NCBI GenBank assembly: GCA_002269645.1
Contig: NIVC01002140.1
Span: 112,400-176,399 of the forward strand
Source: Macrostomum lignano
Taxonomy: Eukaryota
Direction: 5' to 3'
DNA: 64,000 nt
Of this stretch, positions 59,150 to 64,000 are shown piece by piece. The notes under the pieces were generated by a model. It ran no database searches. It saw only the letters and a list, made by a program, of their open reading frames with translations, and was not told where the DNA came from. Position 1 is the stretch's first letter. Each line of letters opens with the position of its first letter. The translations under genes were made by a program, and so were the position numbers.

Positions 59150-59548
59150 TGTCGCGCGATCCTGTTTCAAATAGCGATGAATGCTGGCACGAAATCCAAC
59201 CAGACTGTTGACACTGTAGGAATTCCCATCTTTACGCTTTAGAGAAACAAACCCGAGTCTCAGGTATTGCACCAGGTATCGCTCTGGCATGCCTTCGATG
59301 TTGTCCGGAAGACCATTAGACTGCAGAAACTGCTTAAATTGCAGTGCAACGTGCTGCCTTGTCTTCACATCAGTTGATTGCGTTCGAGCAGTCGTCTCCA
59401 CGGCTTGGATACCGTGAATCTCAGTTTCGTTGAGCTCTCGAAAGTCATATTCAGAAGCTTGTTCAAATGATAGATCTGCAAGATCTTCCAGTAGAGCATC
59501 AAATTCCGGATCCAAAGCTCTGCTGGTTCCAACTCCTGGAACCGGCAA
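59150..59548 (-). pseudogene. 5' fragment of a Crypton-like / DUF3504-family tyrosine-recombinase element
   Basis: LVQYLRLGFVSLKRKDGNSYSVNSLVGFRASIHRYL matches the LxxFxxxxRKxDGxxYxxxSLxxxxAxIxRYL pattern of Crypton, KCTD1 and ZMYM proteins; catalytic half absent. Confidence 0.65.
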
Positions 59549-60112
59549 TCCAGTCCACTGGTCAATTAAAATCGTTCTTGCCCAGCAAATAGCTTTAAGA
59601 AATCCATCTCGTCATGATGCGAACCGCTTATAACGTCACCGTGAATCGATTTCAAGTCAAGGAGAGACATGTATCGTGATAGCACTTCTATGAGACATAC
59701 GAAGCATTAACCCGTGAATACTATACATGCACCGTCGTCCGAGAGGTAACAAAAGTCGAGCTCCTGCAGGTCTATATATTGGTTTCCAAAGGAGCGCTAC
59801 TTTTATAGGGGCGCAACTTTTTATGCTGCAATTTTGTCGAAGCGAGTTGGGGGTGACCCCTTGGCAGCTACAGTACAGTGCACGTGTAATTTACATGCAC
59901 ATTGGTAAGAGATCGACGTTGTATGCTCTTTCCAATTTTATTAATTATTCAAACTGAATGCACAGTGGCATACATGTATCACAATAGTGATACAGGCCGA
60001 AATCGCTTAGCAAAAGTTTGCAATCTGTAATCGATTGGATCGAGGAATTCAGAACCATTACATGCGGATTCGAATGGACATTTTCGGTGCTACTGTGCGA
60101 GCGCGGCCCCTC

Positions 60113-60345
60113 TCAGCCGCGAACGTAGAACTGCAGGCCCTGAATGCTCAGCAGAGCAGCCGGAATGGCGGGCACGTCCATGAAGTAGCACAGGTGCAGC
60201 TGCTGGGAGAATAGCACGGCCTGGCAGTCCCCGGTGCACAGGTAGATGCAGGTAGCCAGGCTGAAGCCGCTGGCAGACCGGTAGCTGATCCGAAACGCAT
60301 TCAGTTTGAGATAGGACTCGTTGCCAGGTACGAACTTGTTCGGGT
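60113..60345 (-). CDS. Secreted WSC + PAN/Apple-like protein, exon 2
   Basis: Acceptor TTTTTTGCAG, phase 1; SLATCIYLCTGDCQAVLFSQQLHLCYF; TGA at 60113-60115. Confidence 0.85.
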
Positions 60346-60769
60346 CTGCAAAAAAGCGATGAAACTCAAAACTGTAGGCTGTACGTCCATGACGTCTGGC
60401 CGTCTGACCGGTAAAGGCTTTATTTTTACAAAATATTTATCGCTCAGAAAAATTACAAAGCGAAGAGAATTTAACTTCAAGCAGCGTTCATCAGCACGTC
60501 TAGAAAAAGGATCTCGAACAGCAATCCGACGTCGGCGCGACTTTTTGATGACGTCGTTTTCTGTCGAAGCAATGCCAAAAAGTATGTATTTGTCATCGAA
60601 CGTCGATAAACCTCGAGAACGTTGGTCGACGCTGTCGACATCGGATTGCTGCTGTACGGGGGTGGCTTCAAGACGTATCTTGTACGCACATATGCAACCA
60701 GCTGTACGGGGATGGCTTCAAGACGTGTCATGTCATGCACATCTGCAACCAAAAGCAAAACATGCTCAC

Positions 60770-61205
60770 GAGTGTAGTGCTGCCGGAACACCGAGTTACG
60801 AAAAGCGGATCCACATTTCTGAGTGATGTTACCGCTGCATGTTTTAAAGCAATCACTCTCACTCAGTTGTATTTGCCCGTAGGAGCTCCCACAGAAGCAG
60901 TGAAAACCGGCCTGAACTCCAAAGTACGGGTGACTGCCGAGAGCGCACAGGGCGCTGCACAGCTCGTGTGTCATGCTGTGGCTGGAGGCCCTGAACAGCT
61001 CTAGTTGATGAAGACCGACACCGCCAATCTTGGTGATGTCGTAGTTCCTCTGGTCAGTCATCTGCCACAGACCGTTGACGGCGTCCAGGTAGCAGCCGAC
61101 GTAGGTGAAGTTGCGGCCCCTGCCGGCGCTCGAGGCGATGCCGATGACTCGACAGGCGAGCAGCAGGCCGGCTGCCAGGAGGATGAAGCTGTTCAGACAT
61201 CGCAT
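60770..61205 (-). CDS. Secreted WSC + PAN/Apple-like protein, exon 1 (signal peptide + WSC); spliced protein 222 aa
   Basis: Hydrophobic N-terminus; YVGCY...MTHELCSALC...YFGVQAGFHCFCG...CFKTCSGNITQKCGS WSC pattern; donor C|GTGAGC after 60770, phase 1. Confidence 0.88.
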
Positions 61206-62029
61206 GATCAGCTGCGTCTTTGTGAAATCAAGGATTATTGACTTACCTAAGACTTGAAATTATTTTTTGAGTTGGCTACGGATTCGAGCTTTATTAGCGA
61301 TCTCAAGCCAATTATTTTAAAAGCCTTAAGAGTTTCTACTTTCAGAGCATTTGAAATCCCAATGCTATTCATTAAAATTGCCATTCAGCCCTCGTTTTTG
61401 ATTTTTATTTAGAAAAATAAATCAAATTGAGATCTATTGATGCTCAACAATTGAAAGCAGACCCAAGAACCATGTGGGTCCTTAAGCAGGCGATGTTTAG
61501 ATTTTTCGAAAAAATACAATTTTTGGTAAATTAGATAGGCCGATGCCAGGCAACGGACGAGCTGCTCCCATTATATCTACTCCGAAATTCATAATGCGTT
61601 TACGATGTACGTCAGGTTAGCGTGAAACACAACCCTGCACAGATTTATAGGCAGGTATGGTTAACATACATTATAGCTAGTTAGTGCACTCGTATGCAAG
61701 TAGCATGCATGCAGTTCTGTGGTTCCGGTTATCCAGTTATTCCGGTTCATGGCTATGAGGAAGAGTTTAAACCTAACGGAACATTTGGTTTCTTGCTTTA
61801 GTGGCCAGGCACTTAAGAAGGCGTTCATCTATACTCAGAAACTGCTCCATGGTGTGATGTCTATACTCGTACAAGCTGTTGAAAACCGCGGATTTTTTAA
61901 CACAATAGATCAGAAGACTTTCTGAGACTATGCAAACACTTACAGCATCAGGACAGTAATCTAACTAAATAATTTTTAGTATATAGGAAGATGAGATTAA
62001 TTTGCAGCTGTTAAATAAAATGAAAAACA

Positions 62030-63060
62030 CCCGGCCATGGACAGAAACACCCAGCCATGGACAGGAACACACAGTCATGGACAGGAACACTCAGCCATGG
62101 ACAGGAACACTCAGCCATGGACAGGAACACCCAGCTATGGATAGAAACACCCAGCTATGGATAGAAACACCCAGCCATGGACAGGAACACCCAGCTATGG
62201 ATAGAAACACCCTGCTATGGACAGGAACACCCAGCTATGGATAGAAACACCCTGCTATGGACAGGAACACCCAGCTATGGATAGAAACACCCAGCTATGA
62301 ATAGAAACACCCAGCTATGGATAGAAACACCCAGCTATGGATAGAAACACCCAGCTATGGATAGAAACACCCAGCTATGGATAGAAACACCCAGCTATGG
62401 ATAGAAACACCCAGCTATGAATAGAAACACCCAGCTATGGATAGAAACACCCAGCCATGGACAGGAACACCCAGCTATGGATAGAAACACCCTGCTATGG
62501 ACAGGAACACCCAGCTATGGATAGAAACACCCTGCTATGGACAGGAACACCCAGCTATGGATAGAAACACCCAGCTATGAATAGAAACACCCAGCTATGG
62601 ATAGAAACACCCAGCTATGGATAGAAACACCCAGCTATGGATAGAAACACCCAGCTATGGATAGAAACACCCAGCTATGGATAGAAACACCCTGCTATGG
62701 ATAGAAACACCCAGCTATGGATAGAAACACCCAGCTATGGATAGAAACACCCAGCTATGGATAGAAACACCCAGCTATGGACAGAAACACCCAGCTATGG
62801 ATAGAAACACCCAGCTATGGATAGAAACACCCAGCTATGGATAGAAACACCCAGCTATGGATAGAAACACCCAGCTATGGATAGAAACACCCAGCTATGG
62901 ATAGAAACACCCAGCTATGAATAGAAACACCCAGCTATGGATAGAAACACCCAGCTATGGACAGGAACACCCAGCCATGGACAGGAACACCCAGCTATGG
63001 ACAGGAACACCCAGCCATGGATAGAAACACCCAGCCATGGATAGAAACACCCAGCTATGG
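62030..63060. repeat. 20-bp satellite (CCAGCTATGGATAGAAACAC)n, about 52 copies
   Basis: Tandem periodicity. Confidence 0.97.
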
Positions 63061-63739
63061 TAGTTGCACAAAAAGCCCATAAATTAAACCTCCAGCCAAG
63101 TTAAAACCCAACTCGCAGTTTGAAAGAAATTGCATATTTATTTCCCATACTGGACAGGAGTGAGAGCGCACGTTTTTATTTATTGATTTTTGACTGCGTT
63201 TATAACGGCTATAGCAATAATATTATGATGTAAAAAAATCTAAAAAGTTAAACGGGATGATGACGGATAAAAACAGTTTGACTGAGAGCGCTTTAAACAG
63301 AAACACGCTTAGCACAATACAAATTATCAAGGAGTTAAAACAAAAAGAATGCTTCATATAACGAGTAGCTAACGATTGGTTGATGAATGATGCTGGCCTA
63401 AAGTTAAAAACTGAGTTTTAATTAGGTAGGCATAAATAATTTAGTAGAGTATTCATAAGCTCAAAAATGTAAGCCTTCAAAGAAATTATGAATTATTACG
63501 GTGCAACTTATTATTATATCGCGATTACTGAGAAGTCGAAGTTAATTAGGAGAAATTCGAGAGTAAATTACATTGAAAAAGCAATTGTCTTAATAATAAT
63601 AAAGCAGCCGCAAATGTGGAATGAACTGAGTGAAGATTAAGCGTAAGCTACACTTCGTGAATATAATATCAGTTTAGTTATAATAGCAGTCAAATTAATA
63701 ATAATAATACTAAATACTTCGTTACACCTGCCCTAATGG

Positions 63740-63965
63740 GCAGATGTGCAACCGACAGCTCAGCCGCAGCCATTGCTTGGCGCATCTGAAGGCTGCGTAC
63801 GGCTGTTCAGTCCAAGGACTGGGGGTCGCCACACCCTCAATTACCCCAGCTAATGCTGGCACCATTTTACAGCTGGTGAACTGAAGCAGTGCAGAATTAA
63901 TTGCCTTGCTCAAAGACACCATGCAGTTGTTATAGTGGTATCGGGAATCGAACCACGACCTTCAA
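63740..63965 (-). mobile_element. tRNA-derived SINE
   Basis: B-box GGTTCGATTCCC (63943-63954 on minus) followed by the GTGTCTTTGAGCAAGGCA...CCAGCTGTAAAATGG core typical of metazoan SINEs. Confidence 0.6.
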
Positions 63966-64000
63966 GGTAACTTTTCAAGGTAAAAAACTTTTTAAGTTTC

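Overview
Eukaryotic (animal) genomic DNA, rich in repeats. The GC-rich, short-intron genes and dense minisatellites suggest a free-living flatworm such as Macrostomum (inference only). About 1-10.3 kb is a decaying Polinton/Maverick-type endogenous virus: an intact major capsid gene, a minor capsid gene split by one stop, a packaging-ATPase fragment and small ORFs. A Ngaro-type tyrosine-recombinase (YR) retrotransposon has inserted between the two capsid genes, and the locus was then fold-back duplicated. The Ngaro shows a -1 frameshift signal for Gag-Pol and a phase-compatible splice predicted to fuse the SAP-domain N-terminus of Gag to the YR. Host genes are all on the minus strand: a septin/AIG1-like GTPase (15.2-16.9 kb), a 3-exon PKA type II regulatory subunit (29.2-32.2 kb), a 2-exon stonustoxin-like MACPF + FN3 + GTPase fusion (52.6-57.2 kb) and a 2-exon secreted WSC + PAN/Apple-like protein (60.1-61.2 kb). 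A broken paralog of the WSC gene is spread over 36-48 kb. Other notable items: an intron built from about 30 tandem copies of its own splice donor, a 2-kb CpG-eroded island with an un-eroded homolog elsewhere in the window, a Merlin transposase remnant and MITE, a satellite-carrying Helentron-like dimer with higher-order repeats, a Crypton-like fragment, a minimal hammerhead ribozyme motif, an RTE fragment, a SINE and many minisatellites. No rRNA, intact tRNA or CRISPR array was found.
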